Assembly: GCA_951406725.2 (NCBI GenBank) | Contig: OX597820.1 | Coordinates: 19,964,001 to 20,028,000, forward strand | DNA length: 64,000 nucleotides | Direction: 5' to 3' | Source of the DNA: Octopus vulgaris | Taxonomy: Eukaryota | Part shown: piece by piece, positions 13,194 to 26,563 of the stretch | How the letters are laid out: each line of letters starts with the position of its first letter | Position numbering within the stretch: the first letter of the stretch is position 1 | Program-made: the position numbers and the translations under genes | The notes under the pieces: model-generated | Seen by the model: the letters and a program-made list of their open reading frames with translations, nothing else | The model's database searches: none | Told to the model about the DNA's origin: nothing

Positions 13194-13705
13194 TCTATAT
13201 ATATAAAACTGTAGTTGTGTGAGTGTCTGTCCCCTTCGATTTAGATTCCTAACTACTCCCACATTTTGCGGTGCAGTTTAACCAAATTCGGGTATCTTAT
13301 AGTCGTGATTCATATCGAGCCCGTCTGAGTATTAGCGCGTGTCTATGATGAGTCTACGATTTTAAAAATAATTTAACATCATTTTTTATTCCATTTTAAT
13401 GCATAATTTTTCGTGTGTCGATGGCGGCGGAGTTGGCGTCCATGGTCACACCTGCACCTGTTTGCTTCTCCCCCTTCTTCCCTCCCTCGTGAAGCTGTGG
13501 GGAAGGGAGTGTAAGGAAATCAACGTCGTAAAGCGTTGTCAAGGAGACCAGCGTTCTTTTAGAACAACGACTTCATGGCTTGAAGACACCAAGACAGAAA
13601 TGGCTAAGAAAGCCCGAATTGGCATCTATAAGGGAAGTAACTCTCTAAAAATGCTTATATAGTTATTTCCCTTACAAACCCGAGCAACGCCGGGCGATAC
13701 TGCTA

Positions 13706-13706
<1 letters not shown>
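13194..13706 (+). mobile_element. Non-autonomous Helitron
   Basis: A|TCTATATATATAAAACT... subterminal hairpin CCCGAGCAACGCCGGG ...CTAG|T; no TSD. Confidence 0.8.
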
Positions 13707-13741
<35 letters not shown>

Positions 13742-14565
13742 GCACCCATGCCGGTAGCATGTGACAAGCACCCAGCACATAAGTGCTTGGCACTAGGAAG
13801 GGCATCCAGCCATAGAAACCATGACTCAAGAGACAACTGGAGTCTGGACAGCTTCCTGCTGACCAGCTCCATGTCAATCCATCCAACCCATGCCAGCATG
13901 GAAAGCAGATGTTAAACAAGGATGATGAGAAACGAACAAATTCTGCTCAAGATCTTGACTGTGGTTGATACTAGGAAAATAATTCTTCTAGACAGCAGTG
14001 AGAAGATGACTCGGTCATTGGAAAAAATATCTGCATCATAGAAATAAACACAAGGATGAGATAAGGCTAGAGTCAGGCTTACCGACAGGGTAAAAAGAAC
14101 CGAAAAACATCTTTACTTTAATAAATCTTCAGATAACTGTGCCTTGACTGCATGTGAACTAGTTCAATAATGTCAAATGTGGATTGGGGAAAGACAACAT
14201 GTCTATTTTTTGCTGGTTCACAAACTCTTAACACTTTTGATTCAACCCGCCTGAAATCACCTCTGGTTCTGTAGTACAAATGTATTGTTTTCAAAAGTTC
14301 TGAATTAGAATCTTCCACCAAACCTTAATCACAATTTATGCTCTTAACACTAGCTTAATGGTAAGTAAGTTATTTTACTAAATGATAAGTAAGTTATTTG
14401 ACTAAATTGAACAAACTGACTCCAAGACTTGTTCATTGTAAGCCTAGTACTTATTCTATCGGTCTCTTTTGCATAACCACTAAGTTATGGGCATGTAAAC
14501 ACTCCAGCATTGGTTGCCAAGCAATGGTGGGGGGACAAACACAGACACACAAATATACACACACA

Positions 14566-14608
<43 letters not shown>

Positions 14609-14750
14609 CAAGCTTTTTTCAGTTTCTGTCACAAGGCTTTGGTTAGCCTGAGGCTATAGTAGAAGACACTTACCCATGGTGTCACATAGTGGGACTGAAC
14701 CCGGAATCATGATGTGGCTGGTAAGAAAGCTACTTACCACACAGCCACTC

Positions 14751-14843
<93 letters not shown>

Positions 14844-15031
14844 CTGACTATGCCTGATGAAGCCTTCCGGCTTCACAGACCCCAGTTGAACCGTCCAACC
14901 CATGCTAGCATGGAAAACGGACGCTAAATGATGATGATGATGATGATGATATATATATATATAATATTGATAAAAATGGTAAGACAACAAAAGAATGAAA
15001 GAGACCTCAATATTATGTAAATAGAGGAATT

Positions 15032-15239
15032 TATCTGTAAATGTAATATGTGACAATTATTCAGTAGCCATGATAAAACTCCGAGTTTCGGATGCCGAGG
15101 TGGAAATTCACGCTGCCATCTCTTCAGTTATTCACCTGGATAACTGAAGAGATGGCGGTGTGGATTTCCACCCCAACATCCGAAACTCGGAGTTTTATCA
15201 TGGCTACCGAATAATTGTCACATATTACATTTACAGATA
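15032..15239. repeat. ~100-bp-arm fold-back with a hammerhead-like motif in each arm
   Basis: Arms are near-perfect reverse complements about 15135/15136; GATAA-CTGAAGA-GATG..CATC-C-GAAACTCGGAGTT-TTATC. Confidence 0.85.
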
Positions 15240-15378
15240 TATATAATATATATATTTTTATGTCCATACAGTGTCAATGAATCTTAAACTCCATGATTCC
15301 AAAGCAAACTTCTTTTTCACATGACCCATACCCCATCCCCACACATACATGTTTCAAAAATGTATTTGGATATCTTAC

Positions 15379-15516
15379 CATAAAAGGTCTTCAATGTATG
15401 ATCTTTCCGTGGACCATCGTAATTATAGTATCGCTTTCCAGTGCCAATCAGCCAGTCGAAGTCATCATCAATAACGTTCATCCATGTTGTAAGGCCTTTC
15501 TCGAAATCAATATTAC
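15379..15516 (-). CDS. MAM protein exon M2 (138 nt, phase 1/1), paralogue of M1
   Basis: GNIDFEKGLTTWMNVIDDDFDWLIGTGKRYYNYDGPRKDHTLKTFY; tttctcttcag| ... |gtaag. Confidence 0.9.
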
Positions 15517-16445
15517 CTGAAGAGAAATAGGAAGTTTAACAATATGTAGTGAAGTACTGTATTGAGTCCTTGGACTCCTGGAGCCAGTTACCCAGTTTCT
15601 ATGGTGTGTATAAGGGACCAAAATCACAACATTACCCCTGAATAGGATGTTGGTACATTGTAGGGTTATTCATTCACACTGAAGGGACTGAAGCAATGTG
15701 AAAATACAACACACTACCTGTTCTGGGGATTGAAACCACAATCTTAAAATTGCAAGTGCAACACCCAAACCACTAGGCCATATGTCTTCATGATCAATAT
15801 GTATCAATATGTTGTGTATATAAGGGGGCGAACTGGCAGAATCGTTAGCACAGAGGACGAAATGCTTAGTGGTATTTCGTCTGCCGCTACATTCTGATTT
15901 CAAATTTGGCTGAGGTCGACTTTACCTTTCAACCTTTTGGGGTTGAATAATTACGTACCAGTTATGCACTGGCGTCGATGTAATCGACTTAATCCCTTTG
16001 TCTGTCCTTGTTTGTCCCCTCTATGTTTAGCCCCTTGTGGGCAATAAAGAAATAAGAATCATTACTGTGCAGAACAAAATGCTTAGCCATGTTTGTTCAT
16101 CTTCACATTCTGAGTTCAAATTTTACTGAGGTCAACTTTGCTTTTCATGTATTCAAGGTCAATAAAATAAGTGCCAGTTGAGCACTGAGGTTGATGTAAT
16201 AAACTTATGCCCTTCCTTGTAATTGCTGGCCTTGTGCTAAAATTTGAACTTAGCATGTGGTGTATATTAGGGGAGATAGTAAAGCTGTGTCCACATCAAG
16301 CACATCTGTAGTTCTGAATCTTCATCTGGAGAATTACAGATAGGATTTGTCAGACGAAATGCTTTGCAGCATTTCTTATGGACTTATGCTCTAGGTTCAA
16401 ATTCTTCCAATGTCAAATTTGCTCTTTATTCTTTCAGGGTAGCTG

Positions 16446-16545
16446 ANNNNNNNNNNNNNNNNNNNNNNNNNNNNNNNNNNNNNNNNNNNNNNNNNNNNNN
16501 NNNNNNNNNNNNNNNNNNNNNNNNNNNNNNNNNNNNNNNNNNNNN
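16446..16545. other. Assembly gap (100 N, true size unknown)
   Basis: Run of n. Confidence 0.99.
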
Positions 16546-16649
16546 NCTACTGACAAGAATGTGTCTGTCAAGGAATTTAACAAATTCATTTGCAAAATGT
16601 AAACTGCAAATTCTTGCTTAGTTTTTTTAACAGACGAATATTACTCACA

Positions 16650-17549
16650 CTCGGCAGAGTGTAAGTACCTTGAGAGAAAAGCTGGACCTAAGAAGCATCA
16701 GTTGTGGTGTGCAAGAGAGACGTTTGCGCTGGTATGGTCATGTGGCGAGAATGGATGAAGATAGTTGTGTGAAAAAGTGCCACACCCTAGCGGTTGAGGG
16801 AACCTGTGGAAGAGGCAGACCCAGGAAAACCTGGGACGAGGTGGTGAAGCACGACCTTCGAACTTTAGGTCTCACCGAGGAAATGACTAGAGACCGAGAC
16901 CTCTGGAAGTGTGCTGTGCGCGAGAAGACCCGGCAGGACAAGTGAGTCCACAACCCGTGGCCTTCTACATGGGATGGAGCCAGCCTACGTATGCATACCT
17001 TCCCTTCTTGGGACACAAAACTCTACTTGTGAAGACGTGTTGAGGCAAGTGAGGATCAGAATCGAAATCGATCAATGGAAATTGCGGATGTGCTACCAGT
17101 GCCGGTGGCATGTCGAAACTCTGCTTGTGAAGACCCATTGAGGCAAGTGAGGATCAGAATCGAAATCGATCAATGGAAATCGATCAATGGAAATTGCAGA
17201 TGTGTTACCAGTGCCGGTGGCATGTAAGAGAACCTTCCGTTTCGCGACCGTTGCCAGCACCGCCCCGTTTCGTGTTCGTTGCCAGCCTCGCCTGGCCCTC
17301 GTGCCGGTGGCACATAAAAAACACCATCCGTTCGTGGCCGTTTGCCAGCTCTGGCTGGCACCAGTGCGGGTGGCACGTAAAAAGCACCCACTACACTCAC
17401 GGAGTGGTTGGCGTTAGGAAGGGCATCCAGCCGTAGAAACACTGCCAGATTTGACTGGGCCTGATGAAGCCTTCTGGCTTCACAGACCCCAGCAGAACCG
17501 TCCAACCCATGCTAGCATGGAAAACGGACGCTAAATGATGATGATGATG
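16650..17549 (+). mobile_element. 5'-truncated RTE-clade LINE: ORF2 C-terminus, repeat-rich 3' UTR and (GAT)n tail
   Basis: RRLRWYGHVARM...GRGRPRKTWDEVV...DRDLW; UTR with GTGGCACGTAAAAAGCACC repeats; UTR-only copies at e.g. 3048-3387, 10545-10717, 12638-13180(-), 7780-8259(-), 25930-26290(-). Confidence 0.9.
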
Positions 17550-19924
17550 AATACATATGTTTATCCTGAAACTGGAAAAGTATTTGCTGCATATTCACAC
17601 ATATGCACATGCATGCTTGTCCATAGAGGCATAGAAAAACAAACAAACTGACCATGCATAAGTATGCTTGTCCATAGATGCATAGAAAAACAAACTAACC
17701 AGACATAAGCATGCTTGTCTATAAATGCATAGAAACACAAACAAACTGACCACACATAAGTATGCTTCTCCATAGATGCATAGAAACACAAAGTAATTGA
17801 CCAGACATAAGCATTAAAGACGGGAAAGAAAATACTCGTAAACTGATAGATTTAAATGGCTCTGCTGATAAGAATATATCTGTCGAGGAATTTGAAAAAC
17901 TCATTTGCGAAATGTAAACTGCAAATTCCCACTTAGCTTTTTTAACAGAAGAATAAATACTTTTATCCTGAAACTGGAAAGCTATTTGCTGCATATACAC
18001 ACATATGCACACACATGCTTATCCCTAGATGCAAGATGCATAGAAACACAAACAAATATATGCACTGACATTATATACTACACACAGACACAATGACGTT
18101 TTTGTCTTAATATTATTACAAGCAAATGCTCTTGCTATGCTGTACTGGAGAAGCATTTACAGAATTGATTTGCTTTTGGTTGGACAGAAAAATTTGCAAT
18201 GCATTGATCTATCCATATAGTTTTTCAAATGTGACTCTTGGAGTATTGACAGAGTGAAACATTGCCTTTCAGTGAATAAATCAGCATCCCAGTGCAGCTG
18301 CATATATTGTGCTGTTGTTATATTTTGTACATTTGACACAGTTTAATGCTTAGAGATAACTATATAAATAGCAGATATACATAGTAGATATACCTCCATA
18401 CCCATAGTTTACACAGGTTGAGCAGAATAGTTAGTGGACTGTTATGTAGATAGTTGTATGTATGTGTGTAGGTATGTATGTGTATATGCGCATGTGTACA
18501 TATCTGCATATGGATATGAAAATAAGCAGATCAACATACAGACGGATAGGTACATAGGTTATATGAACAGACGAGCACACATATGCAAATGGAGACTGAA
18601 ACACATGACCATATATACACACACACTTTACTCCACACAAGGAGACATATGGAGACATGGGTCCACACATATAGAGATGCACATCCATACATATAAACAT
18701 GGTACATAGTTGCAAAAACACACACACACACACACACATAGACATGCATACACAAGGAGATAGAGGTGCATACATATACAAAGACACACTCACACACATA
18801 CATAAAAAAACACACAAACACGGACATGCAAGCACATGAATATGCATAATACATACATACATATATACATATGCATACATACAAACATGCATACATACAT
18901 ACATGCATGCATAGGCACACACACACACACACTGACCCACACTCATGCGCACAAACAAACAAAAAGGAACGCAGTGTAAATAACAGACAAAGTCAAGACT
19001 ATTGAAAAGGTTGCAAGACGCAACAAAAATTTTAGGAAAATAAAAATAAGAAATAAGTGGAAATTTTACTGGTGAGTGTGTTAAATAATAAGGCACAAAA
19101 AGGAAATGATTCTCCACAGACACAAGAGAATATGCTTCAACACACGAACTCACATAAAGAATCTTGCAAACCAAATCCCAAAACGAAATAACATACAATG
19201 GATGGTGTAATAGAAGTAATGTCACCCAATACTGAGAATATAGGAAATATACTCCCTTTGGTCATGAATAACCATGGGAAGGATTGCACTTAGAAAGTTA
19301 CCTTATAAGGCACAAGTCTGGGCAAGCAGTTTATGGAAGACATGCATATAGATCTCCTTTCTCTCCATGCCACTGATGTTATCTAAGGGACAGGCAAAGG
19401 CTGATACAGCTTGGCACTAGTGATGTTGCAACTCATTTCTACAGCTGAGTGAACTGGAGTAATGTGAAATAAAGTGTCTTGCTCAAGAACACAACACACA
19501 GCCCGGTCCAGGAATTAAACTCACAACATCATGATTGTGAGCCTGATGCTCTAACCACCAAGTCATGAGCCTTATACATTATATATATATTTGCTTAATC
19601 ATCCCCTTGAGCAGAAAGGCAGAACAAAAACCTGCTGGGCCCAGAGTCTGCAGATTGAAACTATACTCTGTGAAGAAATGGATACCATTTTTGAAATTTA
19701 AACATCACAACTGAGTTGTCCAGTAATATGCCAACCATATCCATGTATATGGAGGCATGTGGTTTAGTGATTAGAGTGTTGGACACATGATCGTGAGACT
19801 GTGGTTTCAATTCCTGGATCAGGCAACACATTGTATCCTTGAGAAAAATACTTCTTTCCTTTTTTTCCAGTTCATCCAACTGGCAAAAATAAGTTATCCT
19901 GTGACAGATCAGCGTCCCATCCAG

Positions 19925-19989
<65 letters not shown>

Positions 19990-20659
19990 CAATAACCAAG
20001 AAACAGGCCCTTATGAGTCCATAGGGCTTGGGAAGGATGCTTTATATACATGTATATGTACCTACAGGGGTGGGTACAAATTATATTATTCTATAGAAAT
20101 CTATACAGGGCCAAGATGTCCCTAGCTGACCACAATACATTGGAATTCAAGACATTTAGTGGGCAGACATGGCAGCAACAACAGAGTGGAGGCGCAATGG
20201 CCCAGTGGTTAGGGCAGTGGACTCGCAGTTGTAAGGACGCGGTTTCGATTCCCAGACCGGGCATTGTGAATGTTTATTGAGCAAAAACACCTAAGCTCCA
20301 CGAGGCTCTGGTGAGGCGTGGTGGTGAACCTCGCTGTACTCTTTCACCACAACTTTCTCTCACTCTTTCTTCCTACTTCTTCCACAAAGCAGAGGAACCA
20401 TGGTGTAACCCACTATGGTGTGGTAAACTTTCAGACCCTAGTCTAGATTGCGAATCCTCTGTACCCCAGGATGGTTCAGCTCTCCACCCGTTAAAGCCAC
20501 TGTTTATGGAAAAAGGATAACAACGTAGCTTTTGCACCCATGCAGCTGCCAGTCTATCTTGTGTGGTGGGTGGATCTTCAAGTTGCCACATGCATTCTTA
20601 GCTTAGAGTAGGCTCAAATTAGAGATTATTCTGTGTGGCTAATGGCGGGAGTCCTGATT

Positions 20660-20805
20660 GGAAGAAGAAGGAGGAGAAGGAGAAGGAGGAGGAGAAGAAG
20701 AAGAAGAAGAAGAAGAAGAAGAAGAAGAAGAAGAAGAAGAAGAAGAAGAAGAAGAAGAAGAAGAAGAAGAAGAAGAAGAAGAAGAAGAAGAAGAAGAAGA
20801 AGAAG
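20660..20805. repeat. (GAA)n microsatellite
   Basis: Direct reading. Confidence 0.97.
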
Positions 20806-21316
20806 CAACAACAGAACTTTATATTTAGTATATAAAGACAGGTGTTAGGAATGAATAACCCGACAGAATATAAAAAAAACATATTATCAGATTAAAAGAA
20901 CATTATGTAACAATTGAAACTAAAGAAAATTAAGCTCACAGAAATATACACATAAAAATATAAATTACATGAGGCACTGTCATTGTTGTTGTTATAGTTT
21001 GGTGCTAGATCAAACCTGACCAAATAAACCTTATGATCAAAGGCGCTCCAGATGTGACCACCCCATCTTTACATTATATCAACTACAACATTGTTAAGAA
21101 TGGCTGCGAATGTTAAATGGAGAGCTCATATAAGTAATGAGCATCGTTATCAAGATCTGCCCAAAGTGACCGAGAAGATTCAGCAGAGAAGAATGAGAAT
21201 TGGTGATCGTTGTCTCAGGCACCCAGAAGAGCCTGTGTGTCAACTGGTCTTATGGCGGTCAGTTGAAGGAAGTATCAGTTGAAGGAAGTATCAACAAGGG
21301 AAGAAAATGCCTAATC

Positions 21317-22661
21317 CAGAGGTCACCAAATCTTTACCACTGTGGGCCAGATTACTGAGAGAATGATGAGCACGGGCTGCATAACCGTTTTGCTCAATAT
21401 AATACAATGAATACACAAACAATAAAGACAACCAACATATCTATTTATCAAAAAGTTATCAAAGAAGGCGACATCTATATATATAAAACTCAACTTGTGT
21501 GTCTGTGTGTGTATCTGTGTGTGTGTCTGTGTGTTTAACTTCCCGGCACATCTCCTCCTAGCCAACAAATCGTAGAACCACCAAAAATGGGTCACTTAAA
21601 GTTTAGGCGAATGAAAATTGAACTGCGCTATTTCTGTTCTGAAATTCATCTCGCAAGTGCAAAAATCGATAATGTGTTTGTTTAGGCCTTATTCCATGCA
21701 TTTACTCAGTCAGCTGTTTGATGTGAACTGTGTTCACCATGCATGCAAGCATGCGTAAATTGCATGAAAAAAAAAAAAAAATCAGGATATAAAAACGAAT
21801 CCTCGTAAACATTGTAGAAATTTGGCAAAGAAATGAATTTTCGGGATGTAGCCTGGAGGGTTTTTCGTATTAATTGTTTGGACTTTGTGAACACATACCA
21901 ATTGTTTTCATAACATTTTTAACGCTTTGAATTAAATGTGACCATTTTGCAAAGCTGGGCAATACTGCTAGTTAGCAATAAGATAGTTATATCACACCCA
22001 GTACACACATATGGAGGCACATGGCCTAGTGGTTAGAGCAGCAGACTTGTGGTTGAGAGATCGCGGGTTCGAATCTCAGACTGGGTGATGTGTGTGTTTA
22101 TGAGTGAAACACCTAAGCTCCACGCAGCTCCAGCAGAAAGTAATGGCGAAATTTCTGCTGACTCTTTCACCACAACTTTCCTCCTGCATCTTGCAGCTCA
22201 CCAGTGATGGACCGGCGTCCCATCCAGGTGGGGAACCTAATAGCCAAGGAAACTGGGAAACCAGCCCTTATGAGCCAGGCATGGCTCGAGAAGGAACAAA
22301 CAACAGTGCACGCATAACTGAATCTCACAAACTAAGCAGCAAAAATGGTTAGTGAGATTTGTGAAACTGGTGTTTAGTTTTTAAGATATCATCAATATTT
22401 GCTTTGGAATTGCTTCATCCAACCAAGAGAATTGCTTTCAAAAATTCATCAGTCAACCTCGTTCGATGTGCTGACATCACATTCTTCATTTTTGGAAATG
22501 TCTGCTCACAAGCATAAGTTATTCCAAACACTGGTACCATACCAGAGGCAAATGAACCCTCATTGCAGGTACTTACACAAAAGGTACAGTGCAGTGGCAG
22601 GCAGGATGAACTGACCTCGTGGGCCAGATCCAACCTGTGGGCTGTAGTTTGGTGACCCCTG
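21317..22661 (-). mobile_element. hAT (Charlie/SPIN-like) deletion derivative carrying a transposase C-terminal fragment
   Basis: TIRs CAGAGGTCACCAAA / TTTGGTGACCCCTG; 8-bp TSD gcctaatc/gtctaacc; FGITYACEQTFPKMKNVMSAHRTRLTD resembles the hAT dimerisation motif. Confidence 0.82.
21474..21971 (+). mobile_element. Non-autonomous Helitron (related termini), nested in a hAT element
   Basis: A|TCTATATATATAAAACTC...GCTGGGCAATACTGCTAG|T, ends shared with 13194-13706. Confidence 0.72.
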
Positions 22662-22923
22662 GTCTAACCTATGGGGATAACTTGCTTCAAGGTAGTGGAA
22701 TGGTAAATGTCGACAAATTAAGAACATGCTCAGGGGACTGTGATGGATGGCATACTTATGTGAAATCATTGAAGCATCCAGGAGGATGGCTAAACTAAAC
22801 TAACCTTAAGATGGTGAGACATGATTTGAAGGGTATTTACCTGCATTTCAAACAAGACAAGTGAGTGTATAATGATTCTGTCTATGACCTTTTTATTAGC
22901 CTGTATAATTGACCTTTTCTTAC

Positions 22924-23061
22924 CTTTCATACTGTTCATAGTGTGGTCTTTTGCTGGATGTGGAAGTCGATATGGCATTTGACCTGTAGCTCGTATCCAA
23001 TTGACATCATTACGCCTTACGTTCGACCAAGTACCCATGTCATCTTCAAAATCGGTATCTC
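22924..23061 (-). CDS. MAM protein exon M1 (138 nt, phase 1/1), Cys-less MAM N-terminus
   Basis: GDTDFEDDMGTWSNVRRNDVNWIRATGQMPYRLPHPAKDHTMNSMK; tttcctctag| ... |gtaag. Confidence 0.9.
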
Positions 23062-23985
23062 CTAGAGGAAAGATAAAATGGAAATAATCAGTAATGTGAA
23101 AGATCTTTGAAATGTTCTACTATAGCTCCAGGATGACCAATGCTTTGTGAGTGAATTTCATCCAAGATCGAGATGAGCACCAACATTCAAAGTGGATGGC
23201 TTGATAATTGTTGAGAGATCTCTCTCGACATGAAACCAATGGTAGCCTTATTAACCCACAAATAAAGAATATTTATCCACCAACGTGGTGTTAAGCACTC
23301 ATTCTCACTGCTTGATATTAACACACACACACACACACGCACACACATATGTATATATGACAATAAGAAAATTGAGGGGATCAAGGGGTGGTATTCATCA
23401 ACTTTTAGACATTATATTATGTCTATTTATTTTTTAAATAAATACATATATATATTTTTAATGGGGAAGGCCAGTTTACGGGATTACCCAGGGTTTCCTA
23501 TCCATAAAAGGGTTTAGCTTTATGGCATATTGCTAGACTCCAAAACCTGTCACTACAAGAGTGTAATGGTTTTTATCCTTTTTTACGTGCTACTGGCATG
23601 AGTGCCATTTACATGATACTGGCACTGGCCATGTTCATCATCCTCATCCTCAGCATTACCCTCCTCCTCCTCCTCCTCATCATCATCATCATCATCATTA
23701 GCATTTAACATCTGCCTTCCATGCTGGCATGGGTTGGATGGTTTGACATGAGCTGGCCAAGCAGAAGACTGCACCAGACTTCTGTGCATGATTTATGTGG
23801 CTAGATGCCCTTCATAACACCAACCACCCCACAAAGTGGACTGAGTGGTTTTTATGTGGCACCAGCACAGGCGAGGTCAGTTTCATTGTGGTCTTTTACA
23901 GCTGGATGCCCTTCCAAATACTTTACAATGTGAACTGGTGCTAGCACATATATATCATCATCATCATCGTTTAATGTCCGTTTTC

Positions 23986-24033
<48 letters not shown>

Positions 24034-24290
24034 ATATATATATATAAATTAGAAAAAACCCACCTATTATCAATTCAAAATGAACAATTAAATTACACCA
24101 TCTAGAAAATTACATATTATATGTAATTTTCTAGATGGTGTAATTTAATTGTTCATTTTGAATTGATAAAAGGTGTTTTTTTCTAATTTTTATATATATA
24201 TTATATTTTGTGAAATTTGATTTAGTATTTCTAAATTGAATTTTTCCCTGTAAGTTAGGAATAATATTCCCTCAAATAATTATTAATAAT

Positions 24291-24340
<50 letters not shown>

Positions 24341-25266
24341 GTCTTGGAAGAGTAATTATGCCAATATTATTAACACACATACACTGTGTATGTATGTCTG
24401 TGTGTGTGCGCACATATGTGTGTATGTGTGCTTGTGTGTGAGTATCTGTGTCTTTGTGTTTCTCCCCACCACCACTTGAAAACTGGTGCTAGTTTGTTTA
24501 CATCCCTGTAACTTAAAGACTCAGCATAAGAGACCAATAGAACAAGCAACAAATTAAAAAAAATTTTTTTTTTAAATACTGGGGTCAAATTATTTAATTA
24601 AATTCATCAAGGCAGTGCCCCAGCATGGCTGTAGTCCAATGACTGAAACAAATAAAAAGAAACGAACAAAGATTTCTAGTTTATACAAATTATATTCTGA
24701 TCTTCAGGTCTATTTTCACAGAAAGAAAATCTTTGCATCATCATTATTAGTTTATAGATAAAGGCTAGCAGAATCGCTAGCATGCTGGATGAAATGCTTA
24801 GCAGTATTTCGCCTGCTGCTATATTCTGAGTTCAAATTCTGCTGAGGTCGACTTTGCCTTTCATTCTTTCGGAGTCAATAAATTAAGTACCTATTTCTTT
24901 ATTACCCACAAGGGGCTAAACATAGAGGGGACAAACAAGGACAGACAAACGGATTAATTCGATTACATCGACCCCAGTGCGTAACTGGTACTTATTTAAT
25001 CGACCCCGAAAGGATGAAAGGCAAAGTCGACCTCGGCGGAATTTGAACTCAGAACGTAGCGGCAGAGGAAATACCACTAAGCATTTCGTCTGGCGTGCTA
25101 ACGATTCTGCCAGCTCGCCGTCAATAAATTAAGTACCAGTGATTCACTGGGGTTGATGTAATCGACTAGTCTCCTCCCCACAAATTTCAGGCCTTGTGCC
25201 TATAGTGGAACGGATTATTAGTTTATAAATTCCATGATGAAAACATTTTGTAAAACAAATTTTTAC

Positions 25267-25354
25267 CTGGATCTGGGCATTCTCCGGTTTCTGAACTGAT
25301 GTCATCAACAGCAACATATGCACCATAAGTGTGAAGAACACCTTCAAAGATGAC
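25267..25354 (-). CDS. MAM protein exon L (88 nt, phase 0/1)
   Basis: VIFEGVLHTYGAYVAVDDISSETGECPDP; ttacag| ... |gtaaa. Confidence 0.93.
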
Positions 25355-25595
25355 CTGTAAAATATATATAGAAATATATATAGTTATCCGGATAACCATA
25401 TTTTATCTCAGTAGATGACCACAGCATCTTGTTTTGGCTACACGCGGGTGGGAAGGGGCTGGTGACACAATCTTTTCATTCACACATTGAATTTGGTGAT
25501 ACTAGTTGCGGATTCTAGCTCGCTCTGATACTGAGTTGAGTTGATGCCTTCTAGTATCTCAAAGTTCAATATATAATCATTTATGATTATAGTAT

Positions 25596-25696
25596 TCTAC
25601 GCTGAAGAGAAAAGAAGTTCTTGGTAAGATAGAATTATTTAATATTTAATTCTTATGCTTTCCTAAAAACTTGATTTCGAAACGTACGTCCGTAGA
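25596..25696 (+). ncRNA. Minimal type-I hammerhead ribozyme (Penelope/retrozyme type)
   Basis: Stem I TCTACG/CGTAGA; CTGAAGA; stem II GAAA...TTTC; GAAAC-GTAC-GTC with palindromic loop III. Confidence 0.75.
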
Positions 25697-26563
25697 TAAC
25701 TTAAAATTGTATGATAGATTGCCGTCAATTCATTCCCTCTTACCTGTTTGTGTCTGCCTTCCAATTGCTGTTTTTACTGAGATCTCCCTTTTTAGTAGAA
25801 GAAATAGCTATAACTCTTTGACTGCTATTTCTAAATTCGGTATGTGGTAAGGCAATTCGTTGCCAAACCCTTTATTGCTTAGAAATATATATAGAAATAT
25901 ATAGAAGATAATTGACCAATGAATTATATAATCATCATCATCGTTTAACGTCCGTTTTCCATGCTAGCATGGGTTGGACGGTTCGACCGGGGTCTGGGAA
26001 ACCAGGAGGCTGCACCAGGCTCCAGTCTGATTTGGCAGTCTTTCTACAGCTGGATGCCTTTCCTAACACCAACCACTCCATGAGTGTAGCGGGTGCTTTT
26101 TACGTGCCAGAGGAGGCTGCCAACGGCCACGATCAGTTGGTGCTTTTTACATGCCACGGGTACAGAAGCCAGTCAAGGTGGCACTAGCATTGGCCACGTT
26201 TGGATGGTGCTTTTTACATGCCACCGGCACAGGTATCACAACTACAATTTCTATTTGATATTTATTTTGATGTTGATGTACTTGACTCAATAGTCTCCTC
26301 AAGCACAGCAGGTAGCCCTATGATTCAAGGTAAGCACAGCAGGCCGTCCTGCGATCCAAGGTACTTTGGGTGGGCTGGGGCTTCTATGTGAAGCTAGTGC
26401 AGGAAACAGCCATGAACTCACATTATTTGTTGGGTCTTCGCAGTCACAGCATATCTCCAGAGGTTTCGATCTTTCGTCATTGCCTCTGGCCTTTGGGTAC
26501 ATGTCTATTAGTATGTCGATTAAGCATCTTAAGTGATACAAATTGCACTGGTTGATGCAACAC

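Larger units (their letters stand above)
21088..22750 (+). mobile_element. Second RTE-like LINE C-terminal fragment split by the hAT insertion
   Basis: LLRMAANVKWRAHISNE...RRMR...RHPEE..QLVLW...GRKCL continues after 22662 as TYGDNLL..SG..NVDKLR...DGW. Confidence 0.72.

Noticed and set aside
16546-22900. Missing MAM core exon between M1 and the gap
   Set aside because: Read for GHY/CxxFWY/AIDD motifs with splice sites and found only repeats; a manual scan could miss a very divergent exon.
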